A DNA stretch of 64,000 nt from the NCBI GenBank assembly GCA_964057225.1, contig OZ059895.1:11718001-11782000 (forward strand). Direction: 5' to 3'. The stretch comes from Auanema rhodensis (lineage: Eukaryota; Animalia; Nematoda). Below the pieces are notes generated by a model that was not told the DNA's origin, did no database searches, and saw only the letters and a list, made by a program, of their open reading frames with translations. Shown here in pieces: positions 27,401 to 42,300 of this stretch. The stretch's first letter is position 1. Each line of letters starts with the position of its first letter. Position numbers and translations under genes: made by a program.

Positions 27401-30400
27401 AAGTACGCCATGCCGCTGATTTTCAATTTTAACTCTTCTGTAACAAATGTTTTCAATTTTCAAGCAGTTTTACTTAGATAGCTCAACCCAAGGCAGCAAA
27501 TTATCTTCAATCTTATTTCTATCTTACAGTTATAAACCAGTAGTGAATGAACCATCATCTTACCTTTACTGTTTCTATCTATTTTCTATCAAAAGAAACA
27601 TTGTTTAAACACTATACAACTGTGACACCTTTTTTAATTTCTTGTATTTGGAGTTCATAAGATTTGATATCATCGAGGGATCCAGATAGAACGTGGAAAA
27701 TTACATAACTAACATGAAATTGGGAAAAAATTATAACGAGGATAAGTATGTGAAACATTGAATATCAGATATTTTCGCTTAGGACCATACGACGTTGAAA
27801 GTACGCCATGCCGCTGATTTTCAATTTTAACTCTTCTGTAACAAATGTTTCCAATTTCCAAGCAGTTTTACTTAGATAGCTCAACCCAAGGCAGCAAATT
27901 ATCTTCAATATTATTTCTATCTTACAGTTATAAACCAATAGTTAATAAACCATCATCTTACCTTTACTGTTTCTATCTATTTTCTATCAGTACAAATATT
28001 GTTCAAACACTATACAACTGTGAAACCTTTTTTAATTTCTTGTATTTAGAGCTCATAAGATTTGATATCATTGAGGGATCCAGATAGAACGTGGAAAATT
28101 ACGTAACTAACATGAAATTGGGAAAAAGTATAACGAGGATAAGTATGTGAAACATTGAATATCAGATATTTTCGCTTAGGACCATACGACGTTGAAAGTA
28201 CGCCATGCCGCTGATTTTCAATTTTAACTCTTCTGTAACAAATGTTTTCAATTTTCAAGCAGTTTTACTTAGATAGCTCAACCCAAGGCAGCAAATTATC
28301 TTCAATCTTATTTCTATCTTACAGTTATAAACCAGTAGTGAATGAACCATCATCTTACCTTTACTGTTTCTATCTATTTTCTATCAAAAGAAACATTGTT
28401 TAAACACTATACAACTGTGACACCTTTTTTAATTTCTTGTATTTGGAGTTCATAAGATTTGATATCATCGAGGGATCCAGATAGAACGTGGAAAATTACA
28501 TAACTAACATGAAATTGGGAAAAAATTATAACGAGGATAAGTATGTGAAACATTGAATATCAGATATTTTCGCTTAGGACCATACGACGTTGAAAGTACG
28601 CCTTGCCGCTGATTTTCAATTTTAACTCTTCTGTAACAAATGTTTCCAATTTCCAAGCAGTTTTACTTAGATAGCTCAACCCAAGGCAGCAAATTATCTT
28701 CAATCTTATTTCTATCTTACAGTTATAAACCAGTAGTGAATGAACCATCATCTTACCTTCACTGTTTCTATCTATTTCCTATCAAAAGAAACATTGTTTA
28801 AACACTATACAACTGTGAAACCTTTTTTAATTTCTTGTATTTGGAGATCATAAGATTTGATATCATTGAGGGATCCAGATAGAACGTGGAAAATTACGTA
28901 ACTAACATGAAATTGGAAAAAAACTATAACGAGGATAAGTATGTGAATCATTGAATATCAGATATTTTCGCTTAGGACCATACCACGTTGAAAGTACGCC
29001 ATGCCGCTGAATTTCAATTTTAACTCTTTTGTAACAAATGTTTTCAATTTCCAAGCAGTTTTACTCAGATAGCTTAACCCAAGGCAGCAAATTATCTTCA
29101 ATATTATTTCTATCTTACAGTTATAAACCAATAGTTAATGAACCATCATCTTACCCTTACCGTTTCTATCTATTTCCTATCGAAACCAACTTTGTTCAAA
29201 AACTATACAACTGTGAAACCTTTTTTAATTTCTTGTATTTGGAGCTCATAAGATTTGATATCATCGAGGGATCCAGATAGAACGTGGAAAATTACATAAC
29301 TACCATGAAATTGGAAAAAAACTATAACGAGGGTAAGTATGTAAATCATTGAATATCAGATATTTTTGCTTACAACTATACCACGTTGTAAGTACGCCAT
29401 GCCGCTGATTTTCAATTTTAATTCTTTTGTAAAAAATGTTTTCAATTTTCAAGCAGTTTTACTCAGATAGCTTAACCCAAGGCAGCAAATTATCTTCAAT
29501 ATTATTTCTATCTTATAGTTATAAACCAATAGTTAATGAACCATCATTTTACCCTTACCGTTTCTATCTATTTCCTATCGAAACCAACTTTGTTCAAAAA
29601 CTATACAACTGTGAAACCTTTTTTAATTTCTTGTATTTGGAGCTCATAAGATTTGATATCATTGAGGGATCCAGATAGAACGTGGAAAATTACATAACTA
29701 ACATGAAATTGGGAAAAAATTATAACGAGGATAAGTATGTGAAACATTGAATATCAGATATTTTCGCTTAGGACCATACGACGTTGAAAGTACGCCATGC
29801 CGCTGATTTTCAATTTTAACTCTTCTGTAACAAATGTTTTCAATTTCCAAGCAGTTTTACTTAGATAGCTCAACCCAAGGCAGCAAATTATCTTCAATAT
29901 TATTTCTATCTTACAGTTATAAACCAATAGTTAATAAACCATCATCTTACCTTTACTGTTTCTATGTATTTTCTATCAGTACAAATATTGTTCAAACACT
30001 ATACAACTGTGAAACCTTTTTTAATTTCTTGTATTTAGAGCTCATAAGATTTGATATCATTGAGGGATCCAGATAGAACGTGGAAAATTACGTAACTAAC
30101 ATGAAATTGGGAAAAAGTATAACGAGGATAAGTATGTGAAACATTGAATATCAGATATTTTCGCTTAGGACCATACGACGTTGAAAGTACGCCATGCCGC
30201 TGATTTTCAATTTTAACTCTTCTGTAACAAATGTTTTCAATTTTCAAGCAGTTTTACTTAGATAGCTCAACCCAAGGCAGCAAATTATCTTCAATCTTAT
30301 TTCTATCTTACAGTTATAAACCAGCAGTGAATGAACCATCATCTTACCTTTACTGTTTCTATCTATTTTCTATCAAAAGAAACATTGTTTAAACACTATA

Positions 30401-33400
30401 CAACTGTGACACCTTTTTTAATTTCTTGTATTTGGAGTTCATAAGATTTGATATCATCGAGGGATCCAGATAGAACGTGGAAAATTACATAACTAACATG
30501 AAATTGGGAAAAAATTATAACGAGGATAAGTATGTGAAACATTGAATATCAGATATTTTCGCTTAGGACCATACGACGTTGAAAGTACGCCTTGCCGCTG
30601 ATTTTCAATTTTAACTCTTTTGTAAAAAATGTTTTCAAATTTCAAGCAGTTTTACTTAGATAGCTCAACCCAAGGCAGCAAATTATCTTCAATCTTATTT
30701 CTATCTTACAGTTATAAACCAGTAGTGAATGAACCATCATCTTACCCTTACCGTTTCTATCTAATTCCTATCGAAACCAACTTTGTTCAAAAACTATACA
30801 ACTGTGAAACCTTTTTTAATTTCTTGTATTTGGAGCTCATAAGATTTGATATCATTGAGGGATCCAGATAGAACGTGGAAAATTACATAACTAACATGAA
30901 ATTGGGAAAAAATTATAACGAGGATAAGTATGTGAAACATTGAATATCAGATATTTTCGCTTAGGACCATACGACGTTGAAAGTACGCCATGCCGCTGAT
31001 TTTCAATTTTAACTCTTCTGTAACAAATGTTTTCAATTTCCAAGCAGTTTTACTTAGATAGCTCAACCCAAGGCAGCAAATTATCTTCAATATTATTTCT
31101 ATCTTACAGTTATAAACCAGTAGTGAATGAACCATCATCTTACCTTCACTGTTTCTATCTATTTCCTATCAGAAGAAACATTGTTTAAACACTATACAAC
31201 TGTGACACCTTTTTTAATTTCTTGTATTTGGAGTTCATAAGATTTGATATCATCGAGGGATCCAGATAGAACGTGGAAAATTACATAACTAACATGAAAT
31301 TGGGAAAAAATTATAACGAGGATAAGTATGTGAAACATTGAATATCAGATATTTTCGCTTAGGACCATACGACGTTGAAAGTACGCCTTGCCGCTGATTT
31401 TCAATTTTAACTCTTCTGTAACAAATGTTTCCAATTTCCAAGCAGTTTTACTTAGATAGCTCAACCCAAGGCAGCAAATTATCTTCAATCTTATTTCTAT
31501 CTTACAGTTATAAACCAGTAGTGAATGAACCATCATCTTACCTTCACTGTTTCTATCTATTTCCTATCAAAAGAAACATTGTTTAAACACTATACAACTG
31601 TGAAACCTTTTTTAATTTCTTGTATTTGGAGATCATAAGATTTGATATCATTGAGGGATCCAGATAGAACGTGGAAAATTACGTAACTAACATGAAATTG
31701 GAAAAAACTATAACGAGGATAAGTATGTGAATCAATGAATATCAGATATTTTCGCTTAGGACCATACCACGTTGAAAGTACGCCATGCCGCTGAATTTCA
31801 ATTTTAACTCTTTTGTAACAAATGTTTTCAATTTTCAAGCAGTTTTACTCAGATAGCTTAACCCAAGGCAGCAAATTATCTTCAATATTATTTCTATCTT
31901 ACAGTTATAAACCAATGGTTAATGAACCATCATCTTACCTTCACTGTTTCTATCTATTTCCTATCAAAAGAAACATTGTTTAAACACTATACAACTGTGA
32001 AACCTTTTTTAATTTCTTGTATTTGGAGCTCATAAGATTTGATATCATTGAGGGATCCAGATAGAACGTGGAAAATTACATAACTAACATGAAATTGGGA
32101 AAAAATTATAACGAGGATAAGTATGTGAAACATTGAATATCAGATATTTTCGCCTAGGACCATAGCACGTTGAAAGTACGCCATGCCGCTGATTTTCAAT
32201 TTTAACTCTTTTGTAACAAATGTTTTCAATTTTTAAGCAGTTTTACTTAGATAGCTTAACCCAAGGCAGCAAATTATCTTCAATCTTATTTCTATCTTAC
32301 AGTTATAAACCAGTAGTGAATGAACCATCATCTTACCTTCACTGTTTCTATCTATTTCCTATCGAAACCAACTTTGTTCAAAAACTATACAACTGTGAAA
32401 CCTTTTTTAATTTCTTGTATTTGGAGCTCATAAGATTTGATATCATTGAGGGATCCAGATAGAACGTGGAAAATTACGTAACTAACATGAAATTGGAAGA
32501 AACTATAACGAGGATAAGTATGTGAATCATTGAATATCAGATATTTTCGCTTAGGACCATACCACGTTGAAAGTACGCCATGCCGCTGAATTTCAATTTT
32601 AACTCTTTTGTAACAAATGTTTTCAATTTTCAAGCAGTTTTACTCAGATAGCTTAACCCAAGGCAGCAAATTATCTTCAATCTTATTTCTATCTTACAGT
32701 TATAAACCAGTAGTGAATGAACCATCATCTTACCTTCACTGTTTCTATCTATTTCCTATCAAAAGAAACATTGTTTAAACACTATACAACTGTGAAACCT
32801 TTTTTAATTTCTTGTATTTGGAGTTCATAAGATTTGATATCATCGAGGGATCCAGATAGAACGTGGAAAATTACATAACTAACATGAAATTGGGAAAAAA
32901 TTATAACGAGGATAAGTATGTGAAACATTGAATATCAGATATTTTCGCTTAGGACCATACGACGTTGAAAGTACGCCATGCCGCTGATTTTCAATTTTAA
33001 CTCTTCTGTAACAAATGTTTTCAATTTCCAAGCAGTTTTACTTAGATAGCTCAACCCAAGGCAGCAAATTATCTTCAATATTATTTCTATCTTACAGTTA
33101 TAAACCAATAGTTAATGAACCATCATCTTACCTTTACTGTTTCTATCTATTTTCTATCAGAACAAATATTGTTCAAACACTATACAACTGTGAAACCTTT
33201 TTTAATTTCTTGTATTTGGAGCTCATAAGATTTGATATCATTGAGGGATCCAGATAGAACGTGGAAAATTACGTAACTAACATGAAATTGGGAAAAAAGT
33301 ATAACGAGGATAAGTATGTGAAACATTGAATATCAGATATTTTCGCTTAGGACCATACGACGTTGAAAGTACGCCATGCCGCTGATTTTCAATTATAACT

Positions 33401-36317
33401 CTTATGTAACAAATGTTTTCAATTTTCAAGCAGTTTTACTTAGATAGCTCAACCCAATGCAGCAAATTATCTTCAATCTTATTTCTATCTTACAGTTATA
33501 AACCAGTAGTGAATGAACCATCATCTTACCTTCACTGTTTCTATCTATTTCCTATCAAAAGAAACATTGTTTAAACACTATACAACTGTGAAACCTTTTT
33601 TAATTTCTTGTATTTGGAGTTCATAAGATTTGATATTATCGAGGGATCCAGATAGAACGTGAAAAATTACATAACTAACATGAAATTGGGAAAAAATTAT
33701 AACGAGGATAAGTATGTGAAACATTGAATATCAGATATTTTCGCTTAGGACCATACGACGTTGAAAGTACGCCATGCCGCTGATTTTCAATTTTAACTCT
33801 TTTGTAACAAATGTTTTCAATTTCCAAGCAGTTTTACTTAGATAGCTCAACCCAAGGCAGCAAATTATCTTCAATATTATTTCTATCTTACAGTTATAAA
33901 CCAATAGTTAATGAACCATCATCTTACCTTTACTGTTTCTACCTATTTTCTATCAGAACAAATATTGTTCAAACACTATACAACTGTGAAACCTTTTTTA
34001 ATTTCTTGTATTTGGAGCTCATAAGATTTGATATCATTGAGGGATCCAGATAGAACGTGGAAAATTACGTAACTAACATGAAATTGGGGAAAAAGTATAA
34101 CGAGGATAAGTATATGAAACATTGAATATCAGATATTTTCGCTTAGGACCATACCACGTTGAAAGTACGCCATGCCGCTGAATTTCAATTTTAACTCTTT
34201 TGTAACAAATGTTTCCAATTTCCAAGCAGTTTTACTTAGATAGCTTAACCCAAGGCAGCAAATTATCTTCAATATTATTTCTATCTTATAGTTATAAACC
34301 AATAGTTAATGAACCTTCATCTTACCCTTACCGTTTCTATCTATTTCCTATCGAAACCAACTTTGTTCAAAAACTATACAACTGTGAAACCTTTTTTAAT
34401 TTCTTGTATTTGGAGCTCATAAGATTTGATATCATTGAGGGATCCAGATAGAACGTGGAAAATTACATAACTAACATGAAATTGGGAAAAAATTATAACG
34501 AGGATAAGTATGTGAAACATTGAATATCAGATATTTTCGCTTAGGACCATACGACGTTGAAAGTACGCCATGCCGCTGATTTTCAATTTTAACTCTTCTG
34601 TAACAAATGTTTTCAATTTCCAAGCAGTTTTACTTAGATAGCTCAACCCAAGGCAGCAAATTATCTTCAATGTTATTTCTATCTTACAGTTATAAACCAA
34701 TAGTTAATAAACCATCTTCTTACCTTTACTGTTTCTATCTATTTTCTATCAGTACAAATATTGTTCAAACACTATACAACTGTGAAACCTTTTTTAATTT
34801 CTTGTATTTAGAGCTCATAAGATTTGATATCATTGAGGGATCCAGATAGAACGTGGAAAATTACGTAACTAACATGAAATTGGGAAAAAGTATAACGAGG
34901 ATAAGTATGTGAAACATTGAATATCAGATATTTTCGCTTAGGACCATACGACGTTGAAAGTACGCCATGCCGCTGATTTTCAATTTTAACTCTTCTGTAA
35001 CAAATGTTTTCAATTTTCAAGCAGTTTTACTTAGATAGCTCAACCCAAGGCAGCAAATTATCTTCAATCTTATTTCTATCTTACAGTTATAAACCAGTAG
35101 TGAATGAACCATCATCTTACCTTTACTGTTTCTATCTATTTTCTATCAAAAGAAACATTGTTTAAACACTATACAACTGTGACACCTTTTTTAATTTCTT
35201 GTATTTGGAGTTCATAAGATTTGATATCATCGAGGGATCCAGATAGAACGTGGAAAATTACATAACTAACATGAAATTGGGAAAAAATTATAACGAGGAT
35301 AAGTATGTGAAACATTGAATATCAGATATTTTCGCTTAGGACCATACGACGTTGAAAGTACGCCATGCCGCTGATTTTCAATTTTAACTCTTCTGTAACA
35401 AATGTTTTCAATTTCCAAGCAGTTTTACTTAGATAGCTCAACCCAAGGCAGCAAATTATCTTCAATATTATTTCTATCTTACAGTTATAAACCAATAGTT
35501 AATAAACCATCATCTTACCTTTACTGTTTCTATCTATTTTCTATCAGTACAAATATTGTTCAAACACTATACAACTGTGAAACCTTTTTTAATTTCTTGT
35601 ATTTAGAGCTCATAAGATTTGATATCATTGAGGGATCCAGATAGAACGTGGAAAATTACGTAACTAACATGAAATTGGGAAAAAGTATAACGAGGATAAG
35701 TATGTGAAACATTGAATATCAGATATTTTCGCTTAGGACCATACGACGTTGAAAGTACGCCATGCCGCTGATTTTCAATTTTAACTCTTCTGTAACAAAT
35801 GTTTTCAATTTTCAAGCAGTTTTACTTAGATAGCTCAACCCAAGGCAGCAAATTATCTTCAATCTTATTTCTATCTTACAGTTATAAACCAGTAGTGAAT
35901 GAACCATCATCTTACCTTTACTGTTTCTATCTATTTTCTATCAAAAGAAACATTGTTTAAACACTATACAACTGTGACACCTTTTTTAATTTCTTGTATT
36001 TGGAGTTCATAAGATTTGATATCATCGAGGGATCCAGATAGAACGTGGAAAATTACATAACTAACATGAAATTGGGAAAAAATTATAACGAGGATAAGTA
36101 TGTGAAACATTGAATATCAGATATTTTCGCTTAGGACCATACGACGTTGAAAGTACGCCTTGCCGCTGATTTTCAATTTTAACTCTTCTGTAACAAATGT
36201 TTCCAATTTCCAAGCAGTTTTACTTAGATAGCTCAACCCAAGGCAGCAAATTATCTTCAATCTTATTTCTATCTTACAGTTATAAACCAGTAGTGAATGA
36301 ACCATCATCTTACCTTT
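24500..36317. repeat. Displaced block duplication, about 24.5-28.76 kb copied to about 32.5-36.3 kb (offset 7955 then 7557 bp)
   Basis: 25060/33015 (+7955). 26254/33811, 26652/34209, 27050/34607, 27845/35402 and 28560/36117 (all +7557). Confidence 0.88.
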
Positions 36318-39300
36318 ACTGTTTCTATCTATTTTCTATCAAAAGAAACATTGTTTAAACACTATACAACTGTGACACCTTTTTTAATTTCTTGTATTTG
36401 GAGTTCATAAGATTTGATATCATCGAGGGATCCAGATAGAACGTGGAAAATTACATAACTAACATGAAATTGGGAAAAAATTATAACGAGGATAAGTATG
36501 TGAAACATTGAATATCAGATATTTTCGCTTAGGACCATACGACGTTGAAAGTACGCCATGCCGCTGATTTTCAATTTTAACTCTTCTGTAACAAATGTTT
36601 TCAATTTCCAAGCAGTTTTACTTAGATAGCTCAACCCAAGGCAGCAAATTATCTTCAATATTATTTCTATCTTACAGTTATAAACCAATAGTTAATAAAC
36701 CATCATCTTACCTTTACTGTTTCTATCTATTTTCTATCAGTACAAATATTGTTCAAACACTATACAACTGTGAAACCTTTTTTAATTTCTTGTATTTAGA
36801 GCTCATAAGATTTGATATCATTGAGGGATCCAGATAGAACGTGGAAAATTACGTAACTAACATGAAATTGGGAAAAAGTATAACGAGGATAAGTATGTGA
36901 AACATTGAATATCAGATATTTTCGCTTAGGACCATACGACGTTGAAAGTACGCCATGCCGCTGATTTTCAATTTTAACTCTTCTGTAACAAATGTTTTCA
37001 ATTTTCAAGCAGTTTTACTTAGATAGCTCAACCCAAGGCAGCAAATTATCTTCAATCTTATTTCTATCTTACAGTTATAAACCAGTAGTGAATGAACCAT
37101 CATCTTACCTTTACTGTTTCTATCTATTTTCTATCAAAAGAAACATTGTTTAAACACTATACAACTGTGACACCTTTTTTAATTTCTTGTATTTGGAGTT
37201 CATAAGATTTGATATCATCGAGGGATCCAGATAGAACGTGGAAAATTACATAACTAACATGAAATTGGGAAAAAATTATAACGAGGATAAGTATGTGAAA
37301 CATTGAATATCAGATATTTTCGCTTAGGACCATACGACGTTGAAAGTACGCCTTGCCGCTGATTTTCAATTTTAACTCTTCTGTAACAAATGTTTCCAAT
37401 TTCCAAGCAGTTTTACTTAGATAGCTCAACCCAAGGCAGCAAATTATCTTCAATCTTATTTCTATCTTACAGTTATAAACCAGTAGTGAATGAACCATCA
37501 TCTTACCTTTACTGTTTCTATCTATTTTCTATCAAAAGAAACATTGTTTAAACACTATACAACTGTGACACCTTTTTTAATTTCTTGTATTTGGAGTTCA
37601 TAAGATTTGATATCATCGAGGGATCCAGATAGAACGTGGAAAATTACATAACTAACATGAAATTGGGAAAAAATTATAACGAGGATAAGTATGTGAAACA
37701 TTGAATATCAGATATTTTCGCTTAGGACCATACGACGTTGAAAGTACGCCATGCCGCTGATTTTCAATTTTAACTCTTCTGTAACAAATGTTTTCAATTT
37801 CCAAGCAGTTTTACTTAGATAGCTCAACCCAAGGCAGCAAATTATCTTCAATATTATTTCTATCTTACAGTTATAAACCAATAGTTAATAAACCATCATC
37901 TTACCTTTACTGTTTCTATCTATTTTCTATCAGTACAAATATTGTTCAAACACTATACAACTGTGAAACCTTTTTTAATTTCTTGTATTTAGAGCTCATA
38001 AGATTTGATATCATTGAGGGATCCAGATAGAACGTGGAAAATTACGTAACTAACATGAAATTGGGAAAAAGTATAACGAGGATAAGTATGTGAAACATTG
38101 AATATCAGATATTTTCGCTTAGGACCATACGACGTTGAAAGTACGCCATGCCGCTGATTTTCAATTTTAACTCTTCTGTAACAAATGTTTTCAATTTTCA
38201 AGCAGTTTTACTTAGATAGCTCAACCCAAGGCAGCAAATTATCTTCAATCTTATTTCTATCTTACAGTTATAAACCAGTAGTGAATGAACCATCATCTTA
38301 CCTTTACTGTTTCTATCTATTTTCTATCAAAAGAAACATTGTTTAAACACTATACAACTGTGACACCTTTTTTAATTTCTTGTATTTGGAGTTCATAAGA
38401 TTTGATATCATCGAGGGATCCAGATAGAACGTGGAAAATTACATAACTAACATGAAATTGGGAAAAAATTATAACGAGGATAAGTATGTGAAACATTGAA
38501 TATCAGATATTTTCGCTTAGGACCATACGACGTTGAAAGTACGCCTTGCCGCTGATTTTCAATTTTAACTCTTCTGTAACAAATGTTTCCAATTTCCAAG
38601 CAGTTTTACTTAGATAGCTCAACCCAAGGCAGCAAATTATCTTCAATCTTATTTCTATCTTACAGTTATAAACCAGTAGTGAATGAACCATCATCTTACC
38701 TTCACTGTTTCTATCTATTTCCTATCAAAAGAAACATTGTTTAAACACTATACAACTGTGAAACCTTTTTTAATTTCTTGTATTTGGAGATCATAAGATT
38801 TGATATCATTGAGGGATCCAGATAGAACGTGGAAAATTACGTAACTAACATGAAATTGGAAAAAAACTATAACGAGGATAAGTATGTGAATCATTGAATA
38901 TCAGATATTTTCGCTTAGGACCATACCACGTTGAAAGTACGCCATGCCGCTGAATTTCAATTTTAACTCTTTTGTAACAAATGTTTTCAATTTCCAAGCA
39001 GTTTTACTTAGATAGCTCAACCCAAGGCAGCAAATTATCTTCAATATTATTTCTATCTTACAGTTATAAACCAATAGTTAATAAACCATCATCTTACCTT
39101 TACTGTTTCTATCTATTTTCTATCAGTACAAATATTGTTCAAACACTATACAACTGTGAAACCTTTTTTAATTTCTTGTATTTAGAGCTCATAAGATTTG
39201 ATATCATTGAGGGATCCAGATAGAACGTGGAAAATTACGTAACTAACATGAAATTGGGAAAAAGTATAACGAGGATAAGTATGTGAAACATTGAATATCA

Positions 39301-42300
39301 GATATTTTCGCTTAGGACCATACGACGTTGAAAGTACGCCATGCCGCTGATTTTCAATTTTAACTCTTCTGTAACAAATGTTTTCAATTTTCAAGCAGTT
39401 TTACTTAGATAGCTCAACCCAAGGCAGCAAATTATCTTCAATCTTATTTCTATCTTACAGTTATAAACCAGTAGTGAATGAACCATCATCTTACCTTTAC
39501 TGTTTCTATCTATTTTCTATCAAAAGAAACATTGTTTAAACACTATACAACTGTGACACCTTTTTTAATTTCTTGTATTTGGAGTTCATAAGATTTGATA
39601 TCATCGAGGGATCCAGATAGAACGTGGAAAATTACATAACTAACATGAAATTGGGAAAAAATTATAACGAGGATAAGTATGTGAAACATTGAATATCAGA
39701 TATTTTCGCTTAGGACCATACGACGTTGAAAGTACGCCTTGCCGCTGATTTTCAATTTTAACTCTTCTGTAACAAATGTTTCCAATTTCCAAGCAGTTTT
39801 ACTTAGATAGCTCAACCCAAGGCAGCAAATTATCTTCAATCTTATTTCTATCTTACAGTTATAAACCAGTAGTGAATGAACCATCATCTTACCTTCACTG
39901 TTTCTATCTATTTCCTATCAAAAGAAACATTGTTTAAACACTATACAACTGTGAAACCTTTTTCAATTTCTTGTATTTGGAGATCATAAGATTTGATATC
40001 ATTGAGGGATCCAGATAGAACGTGGAAAATTACGTAACTAACATGAAATTGGAAAAAAACTATAACGAGGATAAGTATGTGAATCATTGAATATCAGATA
40101 TTTTCGCTTAGGACCATACCACGTTGAAAGTACGCCATGCCGCTGAATTTCAATTTTAACTCTTTTGTAACAAATGTTTTCAATTTCCAAGCAGTTTTAC
40201 TCAGATAGCTTAACCCAAGGCAGCAAATTATCTTCAATATTATTTCTATCTTACAGTTATAAACCAATAGTTAATGAACCATCATCTTACCCTTACCGTT
40301 TCTATCTATTTCCTATCGAAACCAACTTTGTTCAAAAACTATACAACTGTGAAACCTTTTTTAATTTCTTGTATTTGGAGCTCATAAGATTTGATATCAT
40401 CGAGGGATCCAGATAGAACGTGGAAAATTACATAACTACCATGAAATTGGAAAAAAACTATAACGAGGGTAAGTATGTAAATCATTGAATATCAGATATT
40501 TTTGCTTACAACTATACCACGTTGTAAGTACGCCATGCCGCTGATTTTCAATTTTAATTCTTTTGTAAAAAATGTTTTCAATTTTCAAGCAGTTTTACTC
40601 AGATAGCTTAACCCAAGGCAGCAAATTATCTTCAATATTATTTCTATCTTATAGTTATAAACCAATAGTTAATGAACCATCATTTTACCCTTACCGTTTC
40701 TATCTATTTCCTATCGAAACCAACTTTGTTCAAAAACTATACAACTGTGAAACCTTTTTTAATTTCTTGTATTTGGAGCTCATAAGATTTGATATCATTG
40801 AGGGATCCAGATAGAACGTGGAAAATTACATAACTAACATGAAATTGGGAAAAAATTATAACGAGGATAAGTATGTGAAACATTGAATATCAGATATTTT
40901 CGCTTAGGACCATACGACGTTGAAAGTACGCCATGCCGCTGATTTTCAATTTTAACTCTTCTGTAACAAATGTTTTCAATTTCCAAGCAGTTTTACTTAG
41001 ATAGCTCAACCCAAGGCAGCAAATTATCTTCAATATTATTTCTATCTTACAGTTATAAACCAATAGTTAATAAACCATCATCTTACCTTTACTGTTTCTA
41101 TGTATTTTCTATCAGTACAAATATTGTTCAAACACTATACAACTGTGAAACCTTTTTTAATTTCTTGTATTTAGAGCTCATAAGATTTGATATCATTGAG
41201 GGATCCAGATAGAACGTGGAAAATTACGTAACTAACATGAAATTGGGAAAAAGTATAACGAGGATAAGTATGTGAAACATTGAATATCAGATATTTTCGC
41301 TTAGGACCATACGACGTTGAAAGTACGCCATGCCGCTGATTTTCAATTTTAACTCTTCTGTAACAAATGTTTTCAATTTTCAAGCAGTTTTACTTAGATA
41401 GCTCAACCCAAGGCAGCAAATTATCTTCAATCTTATTTCTATCTTACAGTTATAAACCAGCAGTGAATGAACCATCATCTTACCTTTACTGTTTCTATCT
41501 ATTTTCTATCAAAAGAAACATTGTTTAAACACTATACAACTGTGACACCTTTTTTAATTTCTTGTATTTGGAGTTCATAAGATTTGATATCATCGAGGGA
41601 TCCAGATAGAACGTGGAAAATTACATAACTAACATGAAATTGGGAAAAAATTATAACGAGGATAAGTATGTGAAACATTGAATATCAGATATTTTCGCTT
41701 AGGACCATACGACGTTGAAAGTACGCCTTGCCGCTGATTTTCAATTTTAACTCTTTTGTAAAAAATGTTTTCAAATTTCAAGCAGTTTTACTTAGATAGC
41801 TCAACCCAAGGCAGCAAATTATCTTCAATCTTATTTCTATCTTACAGTTATAAACCAGTAGTGAATGAACCATCATCTTACCCTTACCGTTTCTATCTAA
41901 TTCCTATCGAAACCAACTTTGTTCAAAAACTATACAACTGTGAAACCTTTTTTAATTTCTTGTATTTGGAGCTCATAAGATTTGATATCATTGAGGGATC
42001 CAGATAGAACGTGGAAAATTACATAACTAACATGAAATTGGGAAAAAATTATAACGAGGATAAGTATGTGAAACATTGAATATCAGATATTTTCGCTTAG
42101 GACCATACGACGTTGAAAGTACGCCATGCCGCTGATTTTCAATTTTAACTCTTCTGTAACAAATGTTTTCAATTTCCAAGCAGTTTTACTTAGATAGCTC
42201 AACCCAAGGCAGCAAATTATCTTCAATATTATTTCTATCTTACAGTTATAAACCAGTAGTGAATGAACCATCATCTTACCTTCACTGTTTCTATCTATTT

